This document shows, in pieces, positions 39,001-50,558 of a DNA stretch of 64,000 nucleotides. Each line of letters begins with the position of its first letter. Within the stretch, counting starts at the first letter, position 1. Below the pieces are notes generated by a model. The model was not told the DNA's origin. It worked only from the letters and a program-made list of their open reading frames with translations, and ran no database searches. This stretch comes from Nemertoderma westbladi (taxonomy: Eukaryota; Animalia; Xenacoelomorpha). A program made the translations under genes and the position numbers. The DNA lies in NCBI GenBank assembly GCA_032718475.1, contig JAUCBJ010005720.1, forward strand, positions 24,107 to 88,106, given 5' to 3'.

Positions 39001-40843
39001 AGTGTAATAGATCCCGCATTCCTGATTCCACTCTGGCCCATCACAAGTTACAAACAGTGTAATAGATCCCGCATTCCTGATTCCACCCTGGCCCACCACA
39101 AGTTACAAACAGTGTAATAGATCCTGCATTCCTGATTCCACCCTGCCCCATCACAAGTTACAAACAGTGTAATAGATCCTGCATTCCTGATTCTACCCTG
39201 CCCCATCACAAGTTACAAACAGTGTAATAGATCCCGCATTCCTGATTCCACCCTGCCCCATCACAAGTTACAAACAGTGTAATAGATCCCGCATTCCTGA
39301 TTCCAACCTGGCCCATCACAAGTTACAAACAGTGTAATAGATCCCGCATTCCTGATTCCACCCTGCCCCATCACAAGTTACAAACAGTGTAATAGATCCC
39401 GCATTCCTGATTCCACCCTGGCCCATCACAAGTTACAAACAGTGTAATAGATCCTGCATTCCTGATTCCACCCTGGCCCATCACAAGTTACAAACAGTGT
39501 AATAGATCCCGCATTCCTGATTCCACCCTGGCCCATCACAAGTTACAAACAGTGTAATAGATCCCGCATTCCTGATTCCACCCTGCCCCATCACAAGTTA
39601 CAAACAGTGTAATAGATCCCGCATTCCTGATTCCACCCTGGCCCATCACAAGTTACAAACAGTGTAATAGATCCCGCATTCCTGATTCCACCCTGGCCCA
39701 TCACAAGTTACAAACAGTGTAATAGATCCCGCATTCCTGATTCCACCCTGCCCCATCACAAGTTACAAACAGTGTAATAGATCCCGCATTCCTGATTCCA
39801 CCCTGCCCCATCACAAGTTACAAACAGTGCAATAGATCCCGCATTCCTGATTCCACCCTGGTCCATCACAAGTTACAAACAGTGTAATAGATCCTGCATT
39901 CCTGATTCCACCCTGGCCCATCACAAGTTACAAACAGTGTAATAGATCCCGCATTCCTGATTCCACCCTGGCCCATCACAAGTTACAAACAGTGTAATAG
40001 ATCCCGCATTCCTGATTCCACCCTGGCCCATCACATGTTACAAACAGTGTAATAGATCCCGCATTCCTGATTCCACCCTGGCCCATCACAAGTTACAAAC
40101 AGTGTAATAGATCCCGCATTCCTGATTCCACCCTGCCCCATCACAAGTTACAAACAGTGTAATAGATCCCGCATTCCTGATTCCACCCTGCCCCATCACA
40201 ACTTACAAACAGTGTAATAGATCCCGCATTCCTGATTCCACCCTGGCCCATCACAAGTTACAAACAGTGTAATAGATCCCGCATTCCTGATTCCACCCTG
40301 GCCCATCACAAGTTACAAACAGTGTAATAGATCCCGCATTCCTGATTCCACCCTGGCCCATCACAAGTTACAAACAGTGTAATAGATCCCGCATTCCTGA
40401 TTCCACCCTGGCCCATCACAAGTTACAAACAGTGTAATAGATCCCGCATTCCTGATTCCACCCTGCCCCATCACAAGTTACAAACAGTGTAATAGATCCC
40501 GCATTCCTGATTCCACCCTGGCCCATCACAAGTTACAAACAGTGTAATAGATCCCGCATTCCTGATTCCACCCTGCCCCATCACAAGTTACCAACAGTGT
40601 AATAGATCCCGCATTCCTGATTCCACCCTGCCCCATCACAAGTTACAAACAGTGTAATAGATCCCGCATTCCTGATTCCACCCTGGCCCATCACAAGTTA
40701 CAAACAGTGTAATAGATCCCGCATTCCTGATTCCACCCTGGCCCATCACAAGTTACAAACAGTGTAATAGATCCCGCATTCCTGATTCCACCCTGGCCCA
40801 TCACAAGTTACAAACAGTGTAATAGATCCCGCATTCCTGATTC
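33085..40843. repeat. 55-bp minisatellite (CCACCCTGGCCCATCACAAGTTACAAACAGTGTAATAGATCCCGCATTCCTGATT), about 141 copies, in intron 1 of gene B
   Basis: Highly homogeneous 55-bp period, with variant blocks recurring at 275- and 440-bp offsets. Confidence 0.97.
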
Positions 40844-41661
40844 TATAATAATCAATAATTTGATCCCATTAAATATATTGCAAAATTAACAATAATAATA
40901 AAAGAAATGCAAAGTTGGTTCCCCTTGCTAAATGCGAGGTGTATGTAGTAATTACCCAAACCTCGGACAATGATGGTATTTTTGTCCAGAGCATCCACAT
41001 CAACTTGATAAGCGATATGTCTAGTGCCGGTACTAATTGACTTGACGAGACAGTGTCACCATTATCTTCATTATCTGTCTTCTATTTCTAGCTATTTTTG
41101 ACTCTTTGTTATCGTAGTATAGACCTATACTGTACATGTTTTGGCTGATGTTCTTGGAAACAAATTCAATTATGGCAGTAAGATGACTAGTAGGATACTA
41201 TATGACAGTAGCATGACAATAGGATACTGTTTATAGAGTTGCCTCAAACTGTCCGTCACATCCGGGTAGCAGTTCATTGTCTTTTCCGATTAGTGGTAGA
41301 GGCGTGGTGGAAAAGATATTGAAACACTTGTGGGCATTTTTTTTCATGTGCAATTTATCATGTTTGTATATATTTTGTTCTAGAACAATTGTTGGACCTA
41401 CTGTTAGTAGCTAGTTTGTCAGTAGCTAGTACAAAATAAAAATTACTACAGTAGCAACATTATGAATATATTCGATTAAAGTTTCGGATATGAAAAATAA
41501 AAGTTAAAAATTTGTGATCTCGGCAATACTAGTAAGTACTTTATTTATCGACTAATTTTTCCGGTATTTTAGCCACCATTTAATAGAACTAGTCTAAGAT
41601 AAATAACTTAACAAATAACACGATAAATAACTCTACTAAGTGCAATGTATCGTTTATTTAG

Positions 41662-41801
41662 TGGCAATGTTGATGGGGAGGTCGAAGAAGAACGCGACCA
41701 TTGGGCCAACCAATGGGAATTCTTAGTGTCTCTGATTGGTTATTCTGTTGGATTTGGGAACATTTGGAGATTTCCTTATCTTTGTTTTAAAAATGGCGGA
41801 G
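41662..41801 (+). CDS. SLC6 gene B exon 2 (TM1)
   Basis: tttag|T acceptor. Translation ERDHWANQWEFLVSLIGYSVGFGNIWRFPYLCFKNGG(G) is the SLC6 signature, and Gly rather than Asp in TM1 indicates a non-monoamine subtype. Donor G|gtgag. Confidence 0.95.
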
Positions 41802-41854
41802 GTGAGATGTATTCATATTACGGTGGCGGGGTGTTCGTTGTGGTTGGGCAGAGC

Positions 41855-42888
41855 CAGAGAGGGAGTAGGCTGAACTGTAGGGAGTAAAGGGAGTGGGCTG
41901 ATGGGGTGGATGGACAGGGGGTGGGCTGAGGGGGATGGGCTGATGGGTTGGATGGAAGAGGTGGGCTGAGGAGGATGGGCTGATGGGGGTTGATGGGTTG
42001 GATGGAAGAGGTCGGCTGAGGGGATTGGCGGATGGGGTGGGCTGAATTGTAGGGGGTAAAGGGAGTGGACTGAGGCGGTTGACGAAGGGGGTGGGCTGAG
42101 GGGTGGGCGGAGGGGGTGAGCTGAGGGGGATGGGCTGATGGGTTGGATGGAAGAGGTGGGCTGAGGAGGATGGGCTGATGGGGGTTGATGGGTTGGATGG
42201 AAGAGGTGGGCTGAGGGGATTGGCGGAGGGGCTGGGCTGATCTGTAGGGGGTAAAGGGAGTGGACTGAGGGGGTGGATGGAGGGGTGGGACGAGGGGGGT
42301 GGACTGATGGAGGGGGTGGGCTGAGAGGGTTGGCGGAGGGGGTGGGCTGAACTGTAGGGGGTAAAGGGAGTGGACTGAGGCGGTGGACGGAGGGGGTGGG
42401 CTGATGGGGGTTGATGGGTTGGATGGAGGGGGTGGGCTGAGGGGGTTGGCGGAGGGGGTGGGCTGAGGGGGTTGGCGGAGGGGGTGGGCGGAGGGGGTGG
42501 GCTGAACTGTAGGGGGTAAAGGGAGTGGACTGAGGCGGTGGACGGAGGGGTTGGGCTGATGGAGGTTGATGAGTTGGATTGGGGGGGTGGGCTGAGGGGG
42601 TGGATGGACAGGGGGTGGGCTGAGGGGGTTGGCGGAGGGGGTGGGCTGAACTGTAGGGGGTAAAGGGAGTGGACTGAGAGAGTGGACTGAGGTGGTGGGC
42701 TGATGGAGATTGATGGGTTAGATGGAGGGGGTGGGCTGTGGGGGTGGATGGACAGGGGGTGGCTGAGGGGGTTGATGGGTTAGATGGAGGGGGTGGGCTG
42801 AGGGGGTGGATGGACAGGGGGTGGGCTGAGGGGGTTGGCGGAGGGGATGGACTGAGGGGGGTTGATGGGATGGAGTGAACCAGGGGGG
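41855..42888. repeat. Degenerate G-rich tandem repeat (GGGGGTGGGCTGA-type) in intron 2 of gene B
   Basis: Strongly G-skewed with many G3-G6 runs, filling most of the intron. Confidence 0.85.
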
Positions 42889-42971
42889 TTCCCATAAAAG
42901 TGGTTTGTCCAAAATATATCACGGCCTGTTGTATAGAAACTATGATTATTATAACTTTATATTAATTTCAG

Positions 42972-43103
42972 GTACATTTCTTGTTCCCTATCTAATATTT
43001 CTGGTAGTTGGAGGGATCCCGTTATTGTTTTTGGAGGTTTCTTTGGGTCAATATATGCAACGCGGCGCCATTGAGGCTTGGAGGATTGTCCCATTACTTC
43101 AAG
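42972..43103 (+). CDS. SLC6 gene B exon 3 (TM2)
   Basis: tttcag|GT acceptor, (G)TFLVPYLIFLVVGGIPLLFLEVSLGQYMQRGAIEAWRIVPLLQ(G), donor G|gtatc. Confidence 0.95.
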
Positions 43104-44290
43104 GTATCGACCGTAGTTTATTTATTTATTTATTTATTTTATTTATTTATTTTATTTATTTATTTATTTGATAGGTTGTTGTGAGATTTACTGACGTTCT
43201 AAAAATATTGTGTTGTAATAAGTTATTTTAACTCCTTCCATAGGAATGGCTTTAAACAGCTTTTTAAATTATTATTCTCACGGCTGATACATGAGAGAAG
43301 AATTTATTGATTAAATTGCTAAACTATATCAAGAATAAAAGTGAAATATACAAGACGATTTAATATTATAAATTAATTTTTTAAGCTAGACAGATAGACA
43401 TGATAGACAGTCCAAGCACAACAATAGAGACAGGGGGGGGGGGACTGGACGCAAATCCCATCTTGGCGAATTAATATCCCACCTCAATGTGAAATTCTCA
43501 ATTTAGGGAAAGGAACAGGTTACAGTGGCACATTATTTTAACCTAATCAATAAACAAAAAAGAATACAACAGGTTACAGTTTTATTTTTGGAGAGTAATC
43601 ATCTGTTATTTGCGTCGAATTTCCCCTGGAGAGGGATGAATTTTAATTGCGTACAGTTGTCCCCCTATCTGTAACAATAATAATTAATAAATCCTGTACA
43701 TAGATAAATAAATATATTATATTAAATATATTAAATGATTATTCTCCATTATAAATCGACTCTAATATAAAGGCAGGTCTCGCCTGCTCTATCTTCAGCT
43801 CCCAAACCACTGCGCCGCATTTTATCATCGACCTTTAAGCAGTGCGATGCTCCACCATTGATAGAGAGCTGAACGCGGACTGATATTTAGAAAAAAAAAA
43901 AATGCATCGATAACACTAGCTGGTTTCATACAATAGAAACTAAATGATTTATTTAAAATGAAAAAATTAATAGCTCTAAACATTTGAAAAAACACTAAAG
44001 CTAGCAATAAAAACTCTAGCTGAAATCACTCGAGTTACTGTATAGCCACCTGAATTATATCATTACAGATATGGGTAACATGCCAATAGTTATCTACCCA
44101 GTAATTATTAAACTCGCGATCTTTTCGATATTTTTAATCTCATGGTCATGATTTTTTTACTGAGTGCACCAGCTGCTCGGTACCATGGCCTGGGGAGCAT
44201 CTCCAACACCGACCCACGCATTTACCAAAGGTGGTGTATAGTAATGAAAACATAATTTGTATTGATTTATATCGATTAAATTCTTTTTAG

Positions 44291-44513
44291 GTATTGGTTT
44301 TTCTGGGATTCTGATTGCATTCTATCTCAATAATTACTACATTGTTATTCTGTCATGGACGCTTCATTATTTCGGAAATTCGTTCCAAGCGAATTTGCCA
44401 TGGGCAACCTGCGGCAACGCATGGAATACCAAAGACTGCATTGATGATGAACGTAGGAATTTGTCGTACCAGGCGGTTAATAGACCCACCGACCCTGCTG
44501 AGGAGTACTGGAG
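44291..44513 (+). CDS. SLC6 gene B exon 4 (TM3 and extracellular loop 2); GABA/taurine/creatine-subfamily-like
   Basis: ttttag|GT acceptor, (G)IGFSGILIAFYLNNYYIVILSWTLHYFGNSFQANLPWATCGNAWNTKDC...RPTDPAEEYW, donor AG|gtaagt. This frame is not in the ORF track. Confidence 0.93.
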
Positions 44514-46685
44514 GTAAGTTGGTGAAACAACCGACTTGCTGAGGAGTACTGGAGGTAAGTTGGTTAACCAACCGACCTTGCTGAGGAGTACTGGAGGTAA
44601 GTTGGTTAACCAACCGACCTTGCTGAGGAATACTGGAGATAAGTTGGTTAACCAACCGACCCTGCTGAGGAGTACTGGAGCTAAGTTGGTTAACCAACCG
44701 ACCTTGCTGAGGAGTACTGGAGCTAAGTTGGTTAACCAACCGACCTTGCAGAGGAGTACTGGAGCTAAGTTGGTTAACCAACCGACCCTGCTGAGGAGTA
44801 CTGGAGCTAAGTTGGCTAACCAACCGACCCTGCTGAGGAGTACTGGAGGTAAGTTAGTTCCAAACCGACCCTGCTCAGGAGTACTGGAGGTAAGTTGGTG
44901 AAACAACCGACCCTGCTGAGGAGTACTGGAGCTAAGTTGGTTAACCAACCGACCTTGCTGAGGAGTACTGGAGCTAAGTTGGTTAACCAACCGACCTTGC
45001 AGAGGAGTACTGGAGGTAAGTTGGTTAACCAACCGACCCTGCTGAGGAGTACTGGAGCTAAGTTGGTTAACCAACCGACCTTGCTGAGGAGTACTGGAGG
45101 TAAGTTGGTGAAACAACCGACTTGCTGAGGAGTACTGGAGGTAAGTTACTTCCAAACCGACCCTGCTGAGGAGTACTGGAGCTAATTTGGTTAACCAACC
45201 GACCTTGCAGAGGAGTACTGGAGCTAAGTTGGTTAACCAACCGACCCTGCTGAGGAGTACTGGAGGTAAGTTGTGAAACAACCGACTTGCTGAGGAGTAC
45301 TGGAGGTAAGTTAGTTCCAAACCGACCCTGCTGAGGAGTACTGGAGGTAAGTTAGTTCCAAACCGACCCTGCTGAGGAGTACTGGAGCTAAGTTGGTTAA
45401 CCAACCGACCCTGCTGAGGAGTACTGGAGGTAAGTTAGTTCCAAACCGACCCTGCTGAGGAGTACTGGAGCTAAGTTGGTTAACCAACCGACCCTGCTGA
45501 GGAGTACTGGAGCTAAGTTGGTTAACCAACCGACCCTGCTGAGGAGTACTGGAGGTAAGTTAGTTCCAAACCGACCCTGCTGAGGAGTACTGGAGCTAAG
45601 TTGGTTAACCAACCGACCCTGCTGAGGAGTACTGGAGCTAAGTTGGTTAACCAACCGACCCTGCTGAGGAGTACTGGAGGTAAGTTAGTTCCAAACCGAC
45701 CCTGCTGAGGAGTACTGGAGCTAAGTTGGTTAACCAACCGACCCTGCTGAGGAGTACTGGAGGTAAGTTAGTTCCAAACCGACCCTGCTGAGGAGTACTG
45801 GAGCTAAGTTGGTTAACCAACCGACCCTGCTGAGGAGTACTGGAGCTAAGTTGGTTAACCAACCGACCTTGCTGAGGAGTACTGGAGGTAAGTTTGTTAA
45901 CCAACCGACCTTGCTGAGGAGTACTGGAGCTAAGTTGGTTAACCAACCGACCTTGCTGAGGAGTACTGGAGCTAAGTTGGTTAACCAACCGACCCTGCTG
46001 AGGAGTACTGGAGGTAAGTTAGTTCCAAACCGACCCTGCTGAGGAGTACTGGAGCTAAGTTGGTTAACCAACCGACCCTGCTGAGGAGTACTGGAGCTAA
46101 GTTGGTTAACCAACCGACCTTGCTGAGGAGTACTGGAGCTAAGTTGGTGAAACAACTGACCTTGCTGAGGAGTACGGGAGGTAAGTTAGTTCCAAACCGA
46201 CCCTGCTGAGGAGTACTGGAGGTAAGTTAGTTCCAAACCGACCCTGCTGAGGAGTACTGGAGCTAAGTTGGTTAACCAACCGACCTTGCTGAGGAGTACT
46301 GGAGCTAAGTTGGTTAACCAACCGACCCTGCTGAGGAGTACTGGAGGTAAGTTAGTTCCAAACCGACCCTGCTGAGGAGTACTGGAGCTAAGTTGGTTAA
46401 CCAACCGACCTTGCTGAGGAGTACTGGAGGTAAGTTGGTGAAACAACAGACCCTGTTGAGGAGTACTGGAGGTAAGTTAGTTCCAAACCGACCCTGCTGA
46501 GGAGTACTGGAGCTAAGTTGGTTAACCAACCGACCCTGCTGAGGAGTACTGGAGGTAAGTTAGTTCCAAACCGACCCTGCTGAGGAGTACTGGAGCTAAG
46601 TTGGTTAACCAACCGACCCTGCTGAGGAGTACTGGAGCTAAGTTGGTTAACCAACCGACCCTGCTGAGGAGTACTGGAGGTAAGT

Positions 46686-48541
46686 ACCTGAGTAAGTGCT
46701 TAACTACTATAAAAAACCATCCAAATTGTTTATAGATGGAGAATATATCATGTCATCTGAAGGAATGACTCAGGGATGTCCAGTGGCAATGCCCGGATAT
46801 GGACTGTGCATCACCCCCCTCATTGATAGACTCGGCGCCGTAACCACCACTTCCCAGAAGTGGTTTGCTGATGACGCCAATGCTAGCGGTCGTCTAAAAC
46901 AACTAAGAAAATATTGGGGAGAATTGGTCGAATGGGGACCTAAATACGGGTATTTTCCAAATGCCTCAAAAACTTGGTTAATAGTAAAACCCGAGTTATT
47001 AGAAGAGGCGAGGATGCTGTTCGCAGGAACCAATGTGCAGATATCTGCAGGTGGTCATAGGATCCTGGGCGGTGCAGTTGGTAGTGACGATTCCATTCGG
47101 CAGTTTGTTCTTGATAAGGTCGAGTCTTTTGTTCGACAGGTGGAGCGATTGAGTCCGATCGCAGACATTGACCCGCATTGTGCATTTACCTGTCTTTCCT
47201 TTGGACTCTCTGCGAAGTGGCGGTTCATTTGTCGGGTAATCCCCAACATCGAGCTGCTATTGGCACCACTCGACGAGGCAGTCAAGACTTTCCTAATGAA
47301 ACTGGGTAACAGAGTAAACTTATCTGAAACCGAACAGAAACTAATAGCGCTGCCAACAAGATTGGGAGGACTAGGCATACCCATTCCATCAGATCTTAGT
47401 AAGGAATACGATAACTCAAGAGCCATCAGTGAGCCATTGATGGAGCGACTTCCAACAGATACAATGGCCGATGTCAGGGAAAAACAGAAAGAAACATCCA
47501 AAGCTATCAAATCGGAGCAAAACATAAGGGTCGCAGAAGAAATACAAAGTATACAGGTCGCAATATCCCCAGTTCAGGAACAACTACGAATCTTATCTTC
47601 ACAGAAGGGGGCATCGGCTTGGCTCAACACCAGACCATCAACCCAGCACAACTATCACCTCACAAAGTCAGAGTTCAGGGATGCGATCCAGCTTAGGTTC
47701 GGATGGCAGTTGCAGGCGACACCGGCGGAATGTGCCTGTGGGGCGCGGTTCACAGTAAACCACGTTTTATCGTGCCCCACAGGTGGTTTTCCGTCGGTCC
47801 GTCACAATGAAATCAGAGATTTCATCGCCAACACATTAACCGAGGTTGCCCATGATATCTCAATCGAGCCTGTACTCCAACCAATCACTGGGGAAACATT
47901 CCATCGCTCTACAACCACAAGGGATGAGGGTGCTCGGTTAGATGTATCTGTCAGTGGTTTCTGGGGAGGTCGTTATGAGAAACTGTTGATTGATGTTTCT
48001 GTATTTAACCCCCTAGCACCATCCAATTCCTCTTTGGGCGTCGATAGAGCTTATACCCATCACGAGAACCGAAAGAGGGCCCAATATGAAGAAAGAGTTC
48101 GGGATGTAGAAATGTCAACGTTCTGTCCCTTCATTCTAGCGGCTACTGGAGGAATGGGTTGGAGTGCACGTATCTTCACTAAACGTCTCGCTGATTTGTT
48201 AGCAGTGAAGAGAGAGATCAGCTACAATGAAGCAATTCAGTGGCTTCGCCGCAAAATCAGCTTTGCTTTATTACGTTCAGTAATAATGTGTGTTCGCGGA
48301 AGCAGATCGACACTAAGGCGACCCATTCTGCACAATATGGCCGATACCTCAATCTTGGTAGCCAATGCGGACGCGCGGGTGGTGTAAGATTGGAGGGACC
48401 ATGCTTTGTTCTGCAGTTTTGTGGTGTTTCTTTTTTTTATAAATATAGATGTCTATAATTGCTCATTTTCATGATTTAATAAATTTACCGGTAAGATTAA
48501 TTAATAATAAAAAATTAGTTTATAATTAAAAAAAAAAAAAA
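46686..48541 (+). mobile_element. 5'-truncated non-LTR retrotransposon with restriction-like endonuclease (CRE-clade-like)
   Basis: Poly(A) tail at 48528-48541 and 13-bp TSD ACTGGAGGTAAGT (46673-46685, 48542-48554), with an uninterrupted ORF inside. Confidence 0.9.
46696..48387 (+). CDS. Partial RT + CCHC zinc knuckle + PD-(D/E)xK-type RLE of the CRE-like element
   Basis: GMTQGCP, WFADDA, GPKYGYFPNASKT, LPTRLGGLGI, CACGARFTVNHVLSC..RHNEIRD, RLDVSV..LIDVSV..HENRKRAQY. Confidence 0.9.
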   Translation: MLNYYKKPSKLFIDGEYIMSSEGMTQGCPVAMPGYGLCITPLIDRLGAVTTTSQKWFADDANASGRLKQLRKYWGELVEWGPKYGYFPNASKTWLIVKPELLEEARMLFAGTNVQISAGGHRILGGAVGSDDSIRQFVLDKVESFVRQVERLSPIADIDPHCAFTCLSFGLSAKWRFICRVIPNIELLLAPLDEAVKTFLMKLGNRVNLSETEQKLIALPTRLGGLGIPIPSDLSKEYDNSRAISEPLMERLPTDTMADVREKQKETSKAIKSEQNIRVAEEIQSIQVAISPVQEQLRILSSQKGASAWLNTRPSTQHNYHLTKSEFRDAIQLRFGWQLQATPAECACGARFTVNHVLSCPTGGFPSVRHNEIRDFIANTLTEVAHDISIEPVLQPITGETFHRSTTTRDEGARLDVSVSGFWGGRYEKLLIDVSVFNPLAPSNSSLGVDRAYTHHENRKRAQYEERVRDVEMSTFCPFILAATGGMGWSARIFTKRLADLLAVKREISYNEAIQWLRRKISFALLRSVIMCVRGSRSTLRRPILHNMADTSILVANADARVV

Positions 48542-50011
48542 ACTGGAGGTAAGTTAGTTCCAAACCGACCCTGCTGAGGAGTACTGGAGCTAAGTTGGTT
48601 AACCAACCGACCTTGCTGAGGAGTACTGGAGGTAAGTTGGTGAAACAACTGACTTGCTGAGGAGTACGGGAGGTAAGTTAGTTCCAAACCGACCCTGCTG
48701 AGGAGTACTGGAGCTAAGTTGGTTAACCAACCGACCCTGCTGAGGAGTACTGGAGCTAAGTTGGTTAACCAACCGACCTTGCTGAGGAGTACTGGAGGTA
48801 AGTTACTTCCAAACCGACCCTGCTGAGGAGTACTGGAGCTAAGTTGGTTAACCAACCGACCCTGCTGAGGAGTACTGGAGCTAAGTTGGTTAACCAGCCG
48901 ACCCTGCTGAGGAGTACTGGAGCTAAGTTGGTTAACCAACCGACCCTGCTGAGGAGTACTGGAGCTAAGTTGGTTAACCAGCCGACCCTGCTGAGGAGTA
49001 CTGGAGCTAAGTTGGTTAACCAACCGACCCTGCTGAGGAGTACTGGAGCTAAGTTGGTTAACCAACCGACCTTGCTGAGGAGTACTGGAGGTAAGTTAGT
49101 TCCAAACCGACCCTGCTGAGGAGTACTGGAGCTAAGTTGGTTAACCAACCGACCTTGCTGAGGAGTACTGGAGGTAAGTTGGTGAAACAACCGACTTGCT
49201 GAGGAGTACTGGAGGTAAGTTAGTTCCAAACCGACCCTGCTGAGGAGTACTGGAGCTAAGTTGGTTAACCAACCGACCCTGCTGAGGAGTACTGGAGCTA
49301 AGTTGGTTAACCAACCGACCCTGCTGAGGAGTACTGGAGCTAAGTTGGTTAACCAGCCGACCCTGCTGAGGAGTACTGGAGCTAAGTTGGTTAACCAACC
49401 GACCCTGCTGAGGAGTACTGGAGCTAAGTTGGTTAACCAACCGACCTTGCTGAGGAGTACTGGAGGTAAGTTAGTTCCAAACCGACCCTGCTGAGGAGTA
49501 CTGGAGCTAAGTTGGTTAACCAACCGACCTTGCTGAGGAGTACTGGAGGTAAGTTGGTGAAACAACCGACTTGCTGAGGAGTACTGGAGGTAAGTTAGTT
49601 CCAAACCGACCCTGCTGAGGAGTACTGGAGCTAAGTTGGTTAACCAACCGACCTTGCTGAGGAGTACTGGAGCTAAGTTGGTTAACCAACCGACCTTGCA
49701 GAGGAGTACTGGAGCTAAGTTGGTTAACCAACCGACCCTGCTGAGGAGTACTGGAGCTAAGTTGGTTAACCAACCGACCTTGCAGAGGAGTACTGGAGCT
49801 AAGTTGGTTAACCAACCGACCCTGCTGAGGAGTACTGGAGGTAAGATAGTTCCAAACCGACCCTGCTGAGGAGTACTGGAGCTAAGTTGGTTAACCAACC
49901 GACCCTGCTGAGGAGTACTGGAGGTAAGTTAGTTCCAAACCGACCCTGCTGAGGAGTACTGGAGGTAAGTTGGTTAACCAACCGACCCTGCTGAGGAGTA
50001 CTGGAGGTAAG

Positions 50012-50558
50012 TGTTAGCTTATTCAATCCCGCTAACACCCCATAAAGTTTAGCCAATAAGCAATATTGGGAGCCACGAGATTGGGTAATTAACCAACTCG
50101 TGCCATCCCAATAAGAATGGGAAGGAGAAGCACACAATGAGGGTCAGGGGCCAAACCCCTAACCCAGAGAGAACAGGTGGAGTGAACGGGAACACTCCAA
50201 AGGGCGCCAACAAGGGTATCAACCAATCAGAGGGGGGAAAGGCATCGATTAGGTAGAGTAACAAGGCCAACCGTGCAATATAGCCACTTGGCAGTAATCA
50301 TATCAATTCAGTTATCTCAGTGCAATACTGGTGCTAGTTTAGGTTACATAGTTTAGCTAGGGAAGGACCGGGACTTTAGTTACCGTATCCCGCCTTCCGT
50401 ATACAACAACATATTATCTCATATCTATATCTATATCTATATCTGTATACCCGAATATTATATACGACGAACAGCACAAACTCATTCACTCTTTATACAC
50501 GGCGGGGACGCGTAAACTAACAACGGATAAACCGGGATCCCTCTTGGATCCCGTCACA
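50012..50558 (+). repeat. 5' LTR of BEL element 2 (547 bp)
   Basis: TGTTAGC...GTCACA. Contains CCAATCAG (about 50223), AATATAG (about 50277), TCAGTT (about 50308) and a terminal hairpin CGGGATCC-CTCTT-GGATCCCG. Confidence 0.95.

Noticed and set aside
33085-40843. Possible CRISPR-like array
   Set aside because: Head-to-tail units with no unique spacers, no cas genes, and a eukaryotic intron context.
41813-42922. 369-aa Pro-rich minus-strand ORF
   Set aside because: Translation of the C-rich strand of a low-complexity intronic repeat.
44353-50137. VNQLSSSTPQQGR / VNQPTLLRSTG repeat ORFs
   Set aside because: Artefacts of the 42-bp unit. The biologically relevant frame (TDPAEEYW) has a stop in every unit.
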